This document shows positions 18,518-29,003 of a stretch of DNA of 64,000 nt, one piece after another. The notes beneath the pieces were generated by a model that saw nothing but the letters and a program-made list of their open reading frames with translations, did no database searches and was not told the origin of the DNA. A program made the translations under genes and the position numbers. Within the stretch, counting starts at the first letter, position 1; the number at the start of each line of letters is the position of its first letter. Source of the stretch: Desulfoarculaceae bacterium (GTDB lineage Bacteria; Desulfobacterota; Desulfobulbia; Desulfobulbales; Desulfocapsaceae). The stretch lies in contig JAHYIV010000008.1 of the NCBI GenBank assembly GCA_019429465.1, positions 20,597-84,596 on the forward strand, given 5' to 3'.

Positions 18518-21500
18518 ATGTCTGATCGTTTTAGTACCATCTCTATCAATCCTGAACCAAAGCCCCCAACTCAGCGGCCAGAAAGACCTAAAGCAGGACG
18601 GGCAGGTCGGCGGCCGGCAGCTAAAAGATCCGTTCCCGGCCCCAAAAGGCCAAGACGCTGGCTCATCCCCGGCTTGGGCATTCTCGTTTTTCTGATTACC
18701 GCCTATGCGGCAGGCGGCTTTTTCCTCGCCCCCTCATGGCTCACCAGATATCTCTCGGAATCTCTGCAACAGACTGCCGACATGGGCCTGACTGCCGGCG
18801 AGGCGCGTTTTAATCCCTTTACCCTGCGACTGCAACTGCTCGATATTGTTTCCACTGACAGCGCTCAGACCCCGGCGCCGACAGACACACTCCTGCAGAT
18901 TGACCACCTGCTCATCGACCTGAACCTGATTGCCTTGCTTCGTAATGGTCTTGCCTCTAACCGTCTGGAAATTCAAGGGCTGACCCTGACACTCATTCGC
19001 TACCCGGACAAGTCGTACAACCTGCCAGCCCTGGCCTCTGCAGATAATTCCAGGGGGAAAGAGGATCCTCTTTCCCTGTCACGCCCGCCCCTGCTCTTCT
19101 CTGTGAACAATATCTCTATCCGCAACAGCAGGATGCTCTTTGATGACCGTGTGGCCGGCAAAAAACACAGCGTCGAACAGCTCAAGCTGGATCTTCCCTC
19201 CCTCTCCAACTTCTCCTTTGTGGCCAGGGAGTATATCCGTCCCCACTTTTCGGCAGTCATCAACGGCAGCCCGGTTGAACTCAGCGGCGAGGCGGCAATG
19301 CCAGGTAAAGGCGGCGCGAACGGGCTGAAGACCAATCTCTCCTGCAACGTCCAGGATCTCGACCTTCCCCTCTATTTTTCCTACCTGCCCAGCTCTGTGC
19401 CACTGGTGCTGAGCCAGGGCAAAGGCAATGGCCGGCTCCAGATCTCCTTTATCCCGAAAGACCAACAGGGCGGCCTTCTGACCATTGGTTTTGCCCTTAC
19501 GACAACAGGGGTCGAGCTGGCCAACAGGGAACAGACCCTGTCGATGACCGCGCCGACACTTGCGATCGAAGGCAGCCTGCAACCTCTTGATGGCGCCCTG
19601 CGTATCCAGAACCTGCACGCCCTGCAACCCCAATTTTCAGCAGATAAGGCCAATTTTTCACGGGATATGGCCCAGCTTTTTTCCAGCCCTACCGCCAGCC
19701 CGGAGACGCCAGGACAGCAACAGCCACGACCTCACCTGGAGATTGACTCCCTTACTGTCGAAGATGGCACCCTGCGGATTATCAACAGCAAAAAAGAAAG
19801 CCCGGACCAGCCACCCTGGAACTCCATCCAGCTCACGGTAAAAAACTTCCGGCTCGCCCCGGAACCGGCCGGCGACAAAGGGACATTTGCCCTCAGCACC
19901 AAGCAGGAAAAAACCCAGGCCTCCATTGACTGGCAGGGTTCTTTTAATAACCGAGGAATCCCAGGCGGCGCCCTGCTACTGAACAATATCGAGGCGCGCA
20001 CCCTCCTGGCCGTTATAGATCCCTCGCTGGCGGCAGATACGTCAGGGTCTGCAAATCTGAGCGGCCATTTCTCCTTTGACCCGACTGTGCCCAATTCCGG
20101 CATGACCACCCTGATCGACGCCACCACCGAGATCCTTGACCTGATCCTGCTTGACCAGAAAAAGCCCTGGCTCTCGGCCAGGAAGGTCGCGACCAAAGAT
20201 ACGAAATTCAAAGAAGACAAGCTTGATCTAGGCACGATCACGCTCGAAGAGGGCACCCTCACCCTGCAACAGAACAAGCTCCCTCACGTCCTGCAAGGTT
20301 TCAGAGACGATAGAAAAAGAATCCAGATCCAAGGCCTCGGCTTTTCAGGAAAGGCCACCCTCAATCCGCAACAAGACAAGGCGAAGGTTCTGCAGATCGA
20401 CGAGCTGCAGATCAAGGCCGGTAAACTGATGGCCGGAACCGACAGTCAAAACAACTTCGATCTTACAGCCCGCATCAACCAGACAGGAAGGCTGAAAGGC
20501 CAGGGCCTGACTACCCTGGCCCCGCTGCAAGCCCGGCTCTCACTGGTATTTTCCGCCATCAGCTCGGAGCAGGTCGCACCGTGGCTTCCCGAGGCGCCCC
20601 TGTTTCAGTACAGCAGGGCCATTGTCCATGGCCAGGGGACATACCGCTATCCTGAGGCCAGCTTTACCGGCGACCTGCAGCTTGACTCCGCCCTGATCCG
20701 GGGTAATGAAAAGGGTTCAGGGCTGGCAGCGAGCAAGGCCGAGATCAAGAATATCGCCATAAAGACCAACCCCTTGGGCATCAGCATCCAGGAACTGGTC
20801 CTTGACACCCCAAATCTTTCCTGGCTGCAGGATTCAGCAAGCCCCGACCCCTTGACCCAGATCGGCGCTTTTCTCCAGGGCCTGGTGGCCTCATCACCAG
20901 ACAAGGGGAAGCAACCAAAGGATGATGGCCGCTCCTCCTCGCCTGTTATCCGGAAGATCCGCTTTGACAACGGGACCATAAGCTATACGGACCAGCGTCT
21001 TAATCCGCCCTGGTCCGCTGAGATCAGTCAGCTCAATGGCCAGATCAACACTGTGCCGGAAAAGTCTGCTGCAGGCTCAAGCTTTGACCTTGCCGGTCAG
21101 ATAAGCAGTGTCCCTTTCACCCTGTCCGGTTCCGCCGATCTCCTGACCAGTGAGGGGGACTTCACCTCGGATCTCGTTCTCAAGGGATTTCCACTCCAGT
21201 TGCTGTCAGAACAGATAAGCCCGCTCCTTGATCTCAATCCCGATTCCGCCAGCCTTGATCTCACTGTCAAGCACAACCGGCAAGCCGGTGAAGAGCAGGG
21301 AGAGGCAAACTTGCTCTTCACCGGCCTCCGCCCCGGTTCAGTACAGGCTGACACCGCCCTGCCCCTGGCCCTCATAGCAGACAGCCGGGATCAGATACAA
21401 CTGCTGATTCCTCTGCCGGCAGACAGCGTCCAGCCGCTGTTCACACAAACCGTGGCTATTTTGCAGACCATGAGAGCCAAGGCCGCCGTGGCGCCATTCC

Positions 21501-22090
21501 TGCTGGCTGGAGCAGAATTTGCCGACCTTCGGAACAACCAGTTTATCAGCTTCCCCGCCGGCCTGAGCGAACTGGATGAAATCGGTAACAGTGATGCCCG
21601 GAAGAACCTGCAGCAATTTGCGGCCCTGCTGGCTGCCCGCCCGCATCTGGGCCTTATCCTCACGGGAGTGGCCGACCCGATTCACGACCGGGCTGTGATC
21701 CAGCAGGCGCTGGAAGAACAAGAAAGCAAACGGGTAGCCCTGAAAAATAAGCAGAGGCTGGAGGAATGGCTGAAAGAGCAGAAGATAAAAAAACAGGCAC
21801 AGCAGGCACAGCAGACAGCCGCGCCTCAGGGAAAGATCACCGAAAGGGATATCCCTCCACAGGACACCCCGCCAGTCGCCTTGAGTCCGGACCCGATCAC
21901 GGTCTCAGACACAACCCTGCTGGACCTTGCCCGGGAGCGGGCCTTACATATATATGATTTCTACGCCGCTCTTCCTGGCATCGCCTCGAGACGGATATCC
22001 ATTCAGGAACAAAGCAAGGTGAGCGAAACAGGGACACCAGGCAATCAAGTGCTGATCGAACTCCAGTATGTCGAGCAGGCGGAACAATGA
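18518..22090 (+). CDS. DUF748/AsmA-like large envelope protein
   Basis: The ORF is 1190 aa. It has a basic N-terminus, a single TM segment (WLIPGLGILVFLITAYAAGGFF), then long beta-rich repeats typical of AsmA/DUF748 proteins. Confidence 0.65.
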   Translation: MSDRFSTISINPEPKPPTQRPERPKAGRAGRRPAAKRSVPGPKRPRRWLIPGLGILVFLITAYAAGGFFLAPSWLTRYLSESLQQTADMGLTAGEARFNPFTLRLQLLDIVSTDSAQTPAPTDTLLQIDHLLIDLNLIALLRNGLASNRLEIQGLTLTLIRYPDKSYNLPALASADNSRGKEDPLSLSRPPLLFSVNNISIRNSRMLFDDRVAGKKHSVEQLKLDLPSLSNFSFVAREYIRPHFSAVINGSPVELSGEAAMPGKGGANGLKTNLSCNVQDLDLPLYFSYLPSSVPLVLSQGKGNGRLQISFIPKDQQGGLLTIGFALTTTGVELANREQTLSMTAPTLAIEGSLQPLDGALRIQNLHALQPQFSADKANFSRDMAQLFSSPTASPETPGQQQPRPHLEIDSLTVEDGTLRIINSKKESPDQPPWNSIQLTVKNFRLAPEPAGDKGTFALSTKQEKTQASIDWQGSFNNRGIPGGALLLNNIEARTLLAVIDPSLAADTSGSANLSGHFSFDPTVPNSGMTTLIDATTEILDLILLDQKKPWLSARKVATKDTKFKEDKLDLGTITLEEGTLTLQQNKLPHVLQGFRDDRKRIQIQGLGFSGKATLNPQQDKAKVLQIDELQIKAGKLMAGTDSQNNFDLTARINQTGRLKGQGLTTLAPLQARLSLVFSAISSEQVAPWLPEAPLFQYSRAIVHGQGTYRYPEASFTGDLQLDSALIRGNEKGSGLAASKAEIKNIAIKTNPLGISIQELVLDTPNLSWLQDSASPDPLTQIGAFLQGLVASSPDKGKQPKDDGRSSSPVIRKIRFDNGTISYTDQRLNPPWSAEISQLNGQINTVPEKSAAGSSFDLAGQISSVPFTLSGSADLLTSEGDFTSDLVLKGFPLQLLSEQISPLLDLNPDSASLDLTVKHNRQAGEEQGEANLLFTGLRPGSVQADTALPLALIADSRDQIQLLIPLPADSVQPLFTQTVAILQTMRAKAAVAPFLLAGAEFADLRNNQFISFPAGLSELDEIGNSDARKNLQQFAALLAARPHLGLILTGVADPIHDRAVIQQALEEQESKRVALKNKQRLEEWLKEQKIKKQAQQAQQTAAPQGKITERDIPPQDTPPVALSPDPITVSDTTLLDLARERALHIYDFYAALPGIASRRISIQEQSKVSETGTPGNQVLIELQYVEQAEQ

Positions 22091-22530
22091 TAACACTACC
22101 CTTTCAGATATCATACACAACCCTGTTTGAAGGGCTGGGGCTCCTGTCGCTGGCAACCTTTCTGCTCAGCCTGCTGCTCATCCCCTTTCTTATCTCCAGG
22201 GCCTCTGTTGATTATTTTCTCATCCATGCCACAATTGTGGAGCAGAGACATAAGCGCCATCCCGCCCTCGCCTGTACCATCAAGATCATCAGAAACTGCC
22301 TGGGATGCGTCTTGTGTCTCGCCGGATTCATGATGCTTTTTCTGCCCGGCCAAGGCGTGATCACCATCCTGATCGGGGTCTCTCTCCTTGATGTCCGCGG
22401 AAGACAGCGGGTGATGAACGCATTGATTCACCGCCCGTCTCTTCAGCATGCACTGAACTGGATTCGGCAGAAAACAGGTCAGCCGCCCTTTAATTTCCCA
22501 TCAAAACCGCAAGGGCCTGTAAGAAAATAA
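22087..22530 (+). CDS. small membrane protein (PGPGW-like)
   Basis: The ATG overlaps the upstream stop as ATGA. The product has two hydrophobic hairpins with an LPGQGVITILIG motif resembling the PGPGW family. Confidence 0.5.
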   Translation: MITLPFQISYTTLFEGLGLLSLATFLLSLLLIPFLISRASVDYFLIHATIVEQRHKRHPALACTIKIIRNCLGCVLCLAGFMMLFLPGQGVITILIGVSLLDVRGRQRVMNALIHRPSLQHALNWIRQKTGQPPFNFPSKPQGPVRK

Positions 22531-22547
22531 GGTGACCCCCTGAAAAA

Positions 22548-23033
22548 TCAGGGCAGGTCTAGCTCTTCCAGCATCCGGACCACCCTTTTCAGATCATTGG
22601 CGTCAGGGTGCCCCTTGGCAGCCGGGGCATCGGCAAACCAGGCCGGCAGCGGGTTTTTCCGGGCCGCTATCTGTAAAAATTCGGCGTCCACCTCGCCGGG
22701 ACAGGAAAAAGTTGCCAGGATATGAGTCCCGGCGGCAAGCTCCTTGGCCTTTTTCATGGCATTTTCCGCATGCGCCGAACCCGCGGCGGCGCCATGACTG
22801 GCAAAGAGATAGACCGCCTGCCCCTCCTTCAACCTGGCAAGATAAGCCTGAGACTCCGGATCCGGCTGACCTGCCTTGAGCCAGAAGCCTACGGCCACAA
22901 AAGAGTATCCGGCCGGATCCGGCGCCTCAGCCACGGCCACAATCTCCTTGTCCCCGCCCAGGTACGCATACACCGCCTCCGCCATCTTCCTGGTATTGCC
23001 ACTCTTTGATGAATAAACGACTAGATTTTTCAT
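22548..23033 (-). CDS. flavodoxin family protein
   Basis: The FMN-phosphate loop MKNLVVYSSKSGNTRKMAEAV is present in a 161-aa product. I trimmed the start to ATG 23033. Confidence 0.8.
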   Translation of the reverse strand: MKNLVVYSSKSGNTRKMAEAVYAYLGGDKEIVAVAEAPDPAGYSFVAVGFWLKAGQPDPESQAYLARLKEGQAVYLFASHGAAAGSAHAENAMKKAKELAAGTHILATFSCPGEVDAEFLQIAARKNPLPAWFADAPAAKGHPDANDLKRVVRMLEELDLP

Positions 23034-23175
23034 GTTTCCCCCTTTTTTTGGGTGATTCAACGGCAGAACTCTGCAGGTGAATAGTTTCGACATTCTTTGG
23101 TAGAATGGATTAATATCTAAAGTATGACAAACAATAAGATAAATCAAACCCTTTCCTTATCTCAGTAACCACACC

Positions 23176-24273
23176 ATGCCTTCTTCTCTCACCCCGCTGC
23201 AACAGGCATTGATCACCTGGTTTCAGGAAAAACAGCGCGCCCTGCCCTGGCGCCAGGAGTACATCCCTTACCAGGTTTGGATCTCAGAGATCATGCTGCA
23301 ACAGACGCAGATGGAAAGAGTCACCCTCTTCTTTGAGCACTGGCTGCGGGAGTTCCCGGACATCCAGACCCTGGCGCTCGCCCGGGAAGACAAGGTTCTC
23401 AAATGCTGGGAAGGACTTGGCTATTACAGCCGGGCCCGAAATATCCTTCAATGCGCCAGGATCATTGTCCGTGATCATGACGGGATCATCCCCAGCGACC
23501 AGAAATCCCTGCTGGCCCTGCCCGGGATTGGTCCCTATACCGCGGGCGCCATTGCCTCAATCGCCTACAACCTGACAGTGCCCTTGGTCGATGCCAATAT
23601 CGGCAGGGTCTTTGCTCGACTTTTTGATATTGACATCCCGCTGTCACGGGCCGGCAAGATGTTGTGGCAGAAGGCGGAAAAGCTGGTGCCCGAGGGACGG
23701 GCCCGCTCCTTTAACCAGGGATTGATGGAACTGGGAGCGCTGATCTGCACCCCGAAAAATCCTGCCTGCGGGCAATGTCCATTAAACCCGTTCTGCCTGG
23801 CCCACAGGGAAGACCTGATTACCGAGCGCCCAGTTCCCCGGAAAGGCAAGACAATCTCCACCATTGAAATGGCAACCGGCGTCTTAACGCACCCGCAGGC
23901 CAATGGCCAATTCTTCATCCAGCAACGTCTGGCCGATGATGTCTGGGGCAGTCTCTGGGAATTCCCGGGCGGCAGGCTCAAAGAAAAGGAACAGCCTGAA
24001 CAGGCGGTTGTCCGCGATTTTTTTGAAGAGACGGGATTCACCGTGCGGGTCGACAGAAAAATAACCACCACCGTCCATCATTACACCCGCTACAAGGTCA
24101 TTCTCCACTGTTTCCTCTGCTCCCTTGACCCCCTTGAATCAGGGGAGATCCCAGACCCCATTCTCTATGCAGCCCAGGAGTATCGCTGGGTCATCTTTCC
24201 TGAACTGGCCGACTTTGCCTTCCCGGCAGGCCACCGGAAACTGATCGAATTCATGAAAGAAGGTAAAGAGTAA
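23176..24273 (+). CDS. mutY: A/G-specific adenine DNA glycosylase
   Basis: Evidence is WEGLGYYSRARN, an HhH-GPD region (LPGIGPYTAGAI), the Fe-S loop C-X6-C-X2-C-X5-C (CTPKNPACGQCPLNPFC), and a C-terminal NUDIX-like domain. Confidence 0.9.
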   Translation: MPSSLTPLQQALITWFQEKQRALPWRQEYIPYQVWISEIMLQQTQMERVTLFFEHWLREFPDIQTLALAREDKVLKCWEGLGYYSRARNILQCARIIVRDHDGIIPSDQKSLLALPGIGPYTAGAIASIAYNLTVPLVDANIGRVFARLFDIDIPLSRAGKMLWQKAEKLVPEGRARSFNQGLMELGALICTPKNPACGQCPLNPFCLAHREDLITERPVPRKGKTISTIEMATGVLTHPQANGQFFIQQRLADDVWGSLWEFPGGRLKEKEQPEQAVVRDFFEETGFTVRVDRKITTTVHHYTRYKVILHCFLCSLDPLESGEIPDPILYAAQEYRWVIFPELADFAFPAGHRKLIEFMKEGKE

Positions 24274-24345
24274 AGGACAAAATTTGATCAAGGAGATGGC
24301 TCTCCAGAAAGACCCAGGCAGGACAAAACAGTATTTGTAACTTTA

Positions 24346-26016
24346 TTATGCGACGCCATCAGTCCTCTGGTTAATGACTCCACGGGCCAGCCACACCAGC
24401 AGGAGTACGGGAAGCCCCATCAGCGCTGTCATGAGGAAAAAGGACTCATAGCCCCAGGAGGCGGCAGCCGTCCCGGAATAACCGCCAATGAGCTTGGGAA
24501 ACAGGGTCATGAGCGAGCTGAACAGGGCATACTGGACAGCGGTAAAAGAGATGTTGGTCAGGCTCGAGAGAAAGGCGATAAAGGCGGTACTGGCAAGTCC
24601 GGCACACAAGCTGTCGGCCCCGATGACCACGGTCAACAAGGTCAGGTCAGCGCCGCTGCGGGCCAGGAGCATGAACAGCAGATTGGTGCCGGCGGCCAGC
24701 AGGGCGCCGGTAAAAAGAATGGCGTACACCCCGAAGCGCACGGTCAGCATGCCACCCAGAAAACCGCCGAGCAGGGTCATTCCCAGGCCAAAGGTCTTGG
24801 TCACCGAGGCAATCACATTCTTGCTGAAGCCCATATCAATATAAAAGACGTTGGCCACCACCCCGAGGACGATATCAGAGACCCGGTAAAAACCAACCAG
24901 GGTCAGGAGTAGAATTGCCGCCTTAACCCCATATCTGCTGAAGAAATCCCGCACCGGGGCGATATAGCTCTCACTCACCATCCCCTGGTCGACCACACCG
25001 AGCAGGACAGCAACCCTGGCGATCAGCGCCGCAACCCCCAGGGCCAGGAACAAACGGCAGGTCTCTACCAGAAAACCGACGAGTTCAAGGTGGATTTCAG
25101 CTTGCTGACCAAGGATCTCCTTCACCGAAGCGACCAGCGGGGCGCTGAAGAAAAAGCTGCCGCCAAAGGAGGCCGCCACCAGCAAAAACAGGATCACCAG
25201 TCGCAGATAGTGCTGCAAGGAGTAGTGGTGCCTAAGGGCGCCAACATTCCTCTCCGGTTCTCCAATGCAGAGCGTGGTTATCACCCCGACAGACATGACC
25301 CCGGCCATGACCAGATAGGTCATCTGCCAGGCCTCAAAACGATACAGCTCCCTGGTGGTGCCAAACAGGGTGGCCAGATAGAGTGACCCGGCGCCGGCAA
25401 CCAGCATCCCGATCCGGTAACCGGCGACATAACTGGACGCCAGCAAGGCCTGCATGGAGGCGCCGACACATTCGATGCGATAGGCATCAATGACAATATC
25501 CTGGGTGGCCGAGGAAAATCCAAGCAGAACCGCGGCCAGGGCCATCATGATCATGTTTTTCTCACCGAGCACCGGATCCGTACAGGCCATCCAGGTAATG
25601 GCCGCCATGACGGATAACTGGGCCACAAGCAGCCAGGAACGCCGACGGCCCAGCAGGCGGGTAAGCAGAGGAAGAGGCATCTTGTCGATGAGAGGGGCCC
25701 AGAGGAATTTAAAGGAATAGCCGAGAGCAGCCCAGCTGAAAAAAGTGACCGCCGCCCGGTCAATCCCGGCCTCACGGAGCCAGACAGAAAGGGTGGAAAA
25801 AATCAGCAGGATGGGAATCCCTGCCGAAAAGCCGAGCAAGAACATGGCCAGCACCTGGGGGGAGAGCCAGGCCCTGTACCAGTTCCGGCGATCACGGGCC
25901 GCAGGAACTGCCCCCGGGCTACGAGGCAGCACCGGAGTCTCGGGTTCTTCTCGTAGGCCTGGTGAAGGCGTGACTGGCGATGTCTCATTTTCCCTGCTCA
26001 TTCTTGTCTTTTCCAT
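24346..26016 (-). CDS. ampG: AmpG-family muropeptide MFS transporter
   Basis: The product has 12 or more TM segments. The region MFLLGFSAGIPILLIFSTLSVWLREAGI is typical of AmpG. The start is uncertain (26016 or 26001). Confidence 0.75.
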   Translation of the reverse strand: MEKTRMSRENETSPVTPSPGLREEPETPVLPRSPGAVPAARDRRNWYRAWLSPQVLAMFLLGFSAGIPILLIFSTLSVWLREAGIDRAAVTFFSWAALGYSFKFLWAPLIDKMPLPLLTRLLGRRRSWLLVAQLSVMAAITWMACTDPVLGEKNMIMMALAAVLLGFSSATQDIVIDAYRIECVGASMQALLASSYVAGYRIGMLVAGAGSLYLATLFGTTRELYRFEAWQMTYLVMAGVMSVGVITTLCIGEPERNVGALRHHYSLQHYLRLVILFLLVAASFGGSFFFSAPLVASVKEILGQQAEIHLELVGFLVETCRLFLALGVAALIARVAVLLGVVDQGMVSESYIAPVRDFFSRYGVKAAILLLTLVGFYRVSDIVLGVVANVFYIDMGFSKNVIASVTKTFGLGMTLLGGFLGGMLTVRFGVYAILFTGALLAAGTNLLFMLLARSGADLTLLTVVIGADSLCAGLASTAFIAFLSSLTNISFTAVQYALFSSLMTLFPKLIGGYSGTAAASWGYESFFLMTALMGLPVLLLVWLARGVINQRTDGVA

Positions 26017-26147
26017 CCAATATGGTTATGCTACACTAGATATGTCGGCGAGGATATAGATAGACTCTCCTCACAACAAACAAATACGTTTCTTTTCCTA
26101 CTGAAATCATCCTCGTAGATCAAGCGATAAACTCTTTTCTTTAAACC

Positions 26148-27626
26148 ATGCCCATACAAACATACAACACCTTAAGCCGCAGAAAAGAACTGCTCAAGCC
26201 GCTGGAAAAGGGCCATATCAAACTTTATGTCTGCGGAATTACCTCCTATGACTTCTGTCATATCGGACATGCCAGATCAGCGCTCGCCTTTGACATGATC
26301 GTCCGCTATCTTCGCTACCGGGGCTATACCGTTACCTATATCCGTAATTTTACGGATATTGATGATAAGATCATTACCCGGGCCACGGAACAGGGCGTAA
26401 GCGCCCTGGAGCTGGCCGGACGTTTTATCGATGAGTTTTATGTGGATATGGACAGACTGGGGGTCGATCGTCCGACCCTTGAACCCCGCGCCACCGAACA
26501 CATCCAGGAGATGATTGATCTGATCTCCGAACTGATCGGCAAAGGACTGGCCTATCAGGCAGGCACCGATGTTTATTATTCGGTAAACGGCTTTCCTGAG
26601 TACGGCAAACTTTCAGGCCGCAACCTGGATGACATGCAGGCAGGTGCCCGCATCGCCATCAACGAGAACAAGAGCCATCCCATGGATTTTGTCCTGTGGA
26701 AAGGGTCAAAACCCGGCGAACCGACCTGGGACAGCCCCTGGGGGCCAGGGCGCCCGGGCTGGCATATAGAATGCTCGGCCATGAGCCGGAAATATCTGGG
26801 TGACACCTTTGACATCCATGGCGGTGGCCAGGATCTCATCTTCCCCCATCACGAAAATGAAGTGGCCCAGAGCGAAGGGGCCAGCGGCAAGCCCTTTGTC
26901 AACACCTGGATCCATCACGGATTCGTCACCATCCGTGATGAGAAGATGTCAAAATCGCTGGGCAACTTCCTTACCATCAGGGAGATACTGACACAATACC
27001 ATCCAGAGGTCTTACGCTTCTTCATCTTCTCCACCCACTACCGCAATCCTCTCGATTTTTCAGAGACGGCCATGCAGGACGCCATGACCGGCCTTGACCG
27101 GCTTTATGGCTGTATGGCGGCCATCGATGATCTCGGTACCACAGGGCTTATCGCTGACGTGACAGAGATTGTATCCCCAAAAGACCAAGACAAACTGCGC
27201 ACCATTGAAGAACGCTTCCAAAAGGCCATGGACGATGATTTTAACACCGCCCAGGCCCAGGGCATCCTCTTTGATGCAGTCAGGATCGTCAATAAAATCT
27301 GCCAGCAGCTGCCGGCACGACCATGCCATGCAGATGTCCAGTTACTGAAAGAGACAGGAGCCCTCATTAAACAATTGGCCGGGATAATGGGCCTGCTGCA
27401 GGAAGATGCCAGGACCTATCTGGCCCGGAAGAAAACAGCCATGTTGCTGGAACTTGACATCAGCGAGCAGGAAATCCTGAAACTGATCCAGGAACGAAAG
27501 GACGCGCGAACGGCAAAGGACTGGGCGCGCGGCGACAATATCCGGGACCAGCTTTCGGCCAAGGGCGTTGAGCTGAAAGATGGCGCAGACGGTACGACCT
27601 GGGTGATCAACCGTGACCACAGGTAA
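26148..27626 (+). CDS. cysS: cysteine--tRNA ligase
   Basis: The class I motifs HIGH (CHIGHARS) and KMSKS are present, along with the zinc-site residues and WHIECS. Confidence 0.95.
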   Translation: MPIQTYNTLSRRKELLKPLEKGHIKLYVCGITSYDFCHIGHARSALAFDMIVRYLRYRGYTVTYIRNFTDIDDKIITRATEQGVSALELAGRFIDEFYVDMDRLGVDRPTLEPRATEHIQEMIDLISELIGKGLAYQAGTDVYYSVNGFPEYGKLSGRNLDDMQAGARIAINENKSHPMDFVLWKGSKPGEPTWDSPWGPGRPGWHIECSAMSRKYLGDTFDIHGGGQDLIFPHHENEVAQSEGASGKPFVNTWIHHGFVTIRDEKMSKSLGNFLTIREILTQYHPEVLRFFIFSTHYRNPLDFSETAMQDAMTGLDRLYGCMAAIDDLGTTGLIADVTEIVSPKDQDKLRTIEERFQKAMDDDFNTAQAQGILFDAVRIVNKICQQLPARPCHADVQLLKETGALIKQLAGIMGLLQEDARTYLARKKTAMLLELDISEQEILKLIQERKDARTAKDWARGDNIRDQLSAKGVELKDGADGTTWVINRDHR

Positions 27627-27644
27627 GCGAACCACAGCCGAACC

Positions 27645-27719
27645 CCGATGAACGGGATAAGTGCCTTTCGCAGATTATTTTCTTGCAAAAAAAAACAAGA
27701 AAATAATCTGTAAGGCACT
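27645..27719 (+). repeat. REP-like palindromic element, copy 2
   Basis: The sequence is CCGATGAACGGGATAAGTGCCTTTCGCAGATTATTTTCTTGCAAAAAAAAACAAGAAAATAATCTGTAAGGCACT. It lies directly downstream of cysS. Confidence 0.9.
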
Positions 27720-27721
27720 AA

Positions 27722-27798
27722 CCCCGAAAAACAGGATAAGTGCCTTTCGCAGATTATTTTCTTGCAAAAAAAAACAAGAAAATAATCTGTAAGGCACT
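27722..27798 (+). repeat. REP-like palindromic element, copy 3 (in tandem with copy 2)
   Basis: The hairpin is the same as in copy 2, with a diverged head (CCCCGAAAAACAGGATA). Confidence 0.9.
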
Positions 27799-27938
27799 AA
27801 ACTCCGCGGTAACGGCGTCAGATTGACGGCAAAAACGGCAGAGGAAACCGGTCATTTTCCATCCATCCGGGACCGTTGCGACAAAAACATCATGAAAGAG
27901 TGGGCATTCTTAGCGGTTCCTAAAACGGAGGTGACACC

Positions 27939-28748
27939 ATGCACAGCACAATCCGAAGGCCGACAGTAGCAGACCGTTTTTATCCCGGAGACCCGGCGAT
28001 TCTGTCCAGGGATATCGTGAAGATGACCCCGGTTTCAACAAAACCTCAAAAGGCCCATGCCGTTATTTCGCCGCACGCGGGCTATGTCTATTCAGGGGCT
28101 GTGGCCGCTGAAACCTTTGCCCGGGTTCGCGTTCCGGAGACAGTCATCATCCTCGGACCCAATCATCACGGCCAGGGAGATCCGGTGGCTCTGTCCGCGC
28201 TTGCCTGGCAGATGCCCATGGGGATGGTCCCGATTGACTCAGCCATCATGGAGGCCCTTCTCAACACCAGTTCCGCCATCACCATCGATGAGACAGCCCA
28301 TCGTTTTGAACACTCACTCGAGGTCCAGGTGCCTTTTCTGCAGGCACGACAGCAGCACCTCTCTATCGTCCCGATTGTGGTCTCACACATCTCCTATCCC
28401 CTTTGTCAGGAGGTAGGGGCCGCCATTGCCAAGGTTATCGCCGGCTCGGGCAAAGAGATCCTGATTGTGGCCTCAAGCGACATGACCCATTACGAACCGC
28501 GGGAGGCGGCTGACAAAAAAGATCATTATGCCTTGAAAAAGATTGCCGACATGGATCCTGCCATCCTCTATCACTCAATCATTGACCACAGGATCTCCAT
28601 GTGCGGCATCATGCCGGTAACCGTCGCCCTCATCGCGGCCATGGCCCTTGGTGCGACCAAGACAGAGCTGGTGCGCTATACTGATTCCGGGGCAGTGAGC
28701 GGCGACACCGACCAGGTGGTGGGCTATGCAGGGGTTATAATTTCCTGA
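27939..28748 (+). CDS. AmmeMemoRadiSam system protein B (Memo-like)
   Basis: AVISPHAGYVYSG, GPNHHG, and EHSLEVQVPFL are Memo/dioxygenase-B-like motifs. Confidence 0.8.
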   Translation: MHSTIRRPTVADRFYPGDPAILSRDIVKMTPVSTKPQKAHAVISPHAGYVYSGAVAAETFARVRVPETVIILGPNHHGQGDPVALSALAWQMPMGMVPIDSAIMEALLNTSSAITIDETAHRFEHSLEVQVPFLQARQQHLSIVPIVVSHISYPLCQEVGAAIAKVIAGSGKEILIVASSDMTHYEPREAADKKDHYALKKIADMDPAILYHSIIDHRISMCGIMPVTVALIAAMALGATKTELVRYTDSGAVSGDTDQVVGYAGVIIS

Positions 28749-28774
28749 TTATCCCCCTTCACGTCCTCTTTTTC

Positions 28775-28803
28775 CTTGACAGAAGAGCAACGATTTTCTA
28801 AAT
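28775..28803 (+). promoter_or_regulatory. candidate sigma70-type promoter for tRNA-Gln
   Basis: TTGACA (28775-28780), a 17-nt spacer, then TAAATA (28798-28803), about 35 nt upstream of the tRNA 5-prime end. Confidence 0.35.
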
Positions 28804-28839
28804 AGACAGCTTCATTGTCTTTATCTTTGCATCACCTGC

Positions 28840-28913
28840 TGGGGGATGGTCTAATGGTAAGACAGCGGACTCTGACTCCGCTTATCGAGGTTCGAACCCT
28901 CGTCCCCCAGCCA
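28840..28913 (+). tRNA. tRNA-Gln (anticodon CTG)
   Basis: The acceptor stem is TGGGGGA/TCCCCCA. The anticodon stem is GCGGA/TCCGC with loop CTCTGAC. The T-arm is CGAGG-TTCGAAC-CCTCG. The 3-prime CCA is encoded. Confidence 0.9.
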
Positions 28914-29003
28914 TTTCCCTTTTTTTGTCTGCCACTTCCTCTCCCCAAAGAAATTCATACAGCTCTATTTATCTCCTCAAGCGCATGAGATCCAAAGGCG
29001 GAA

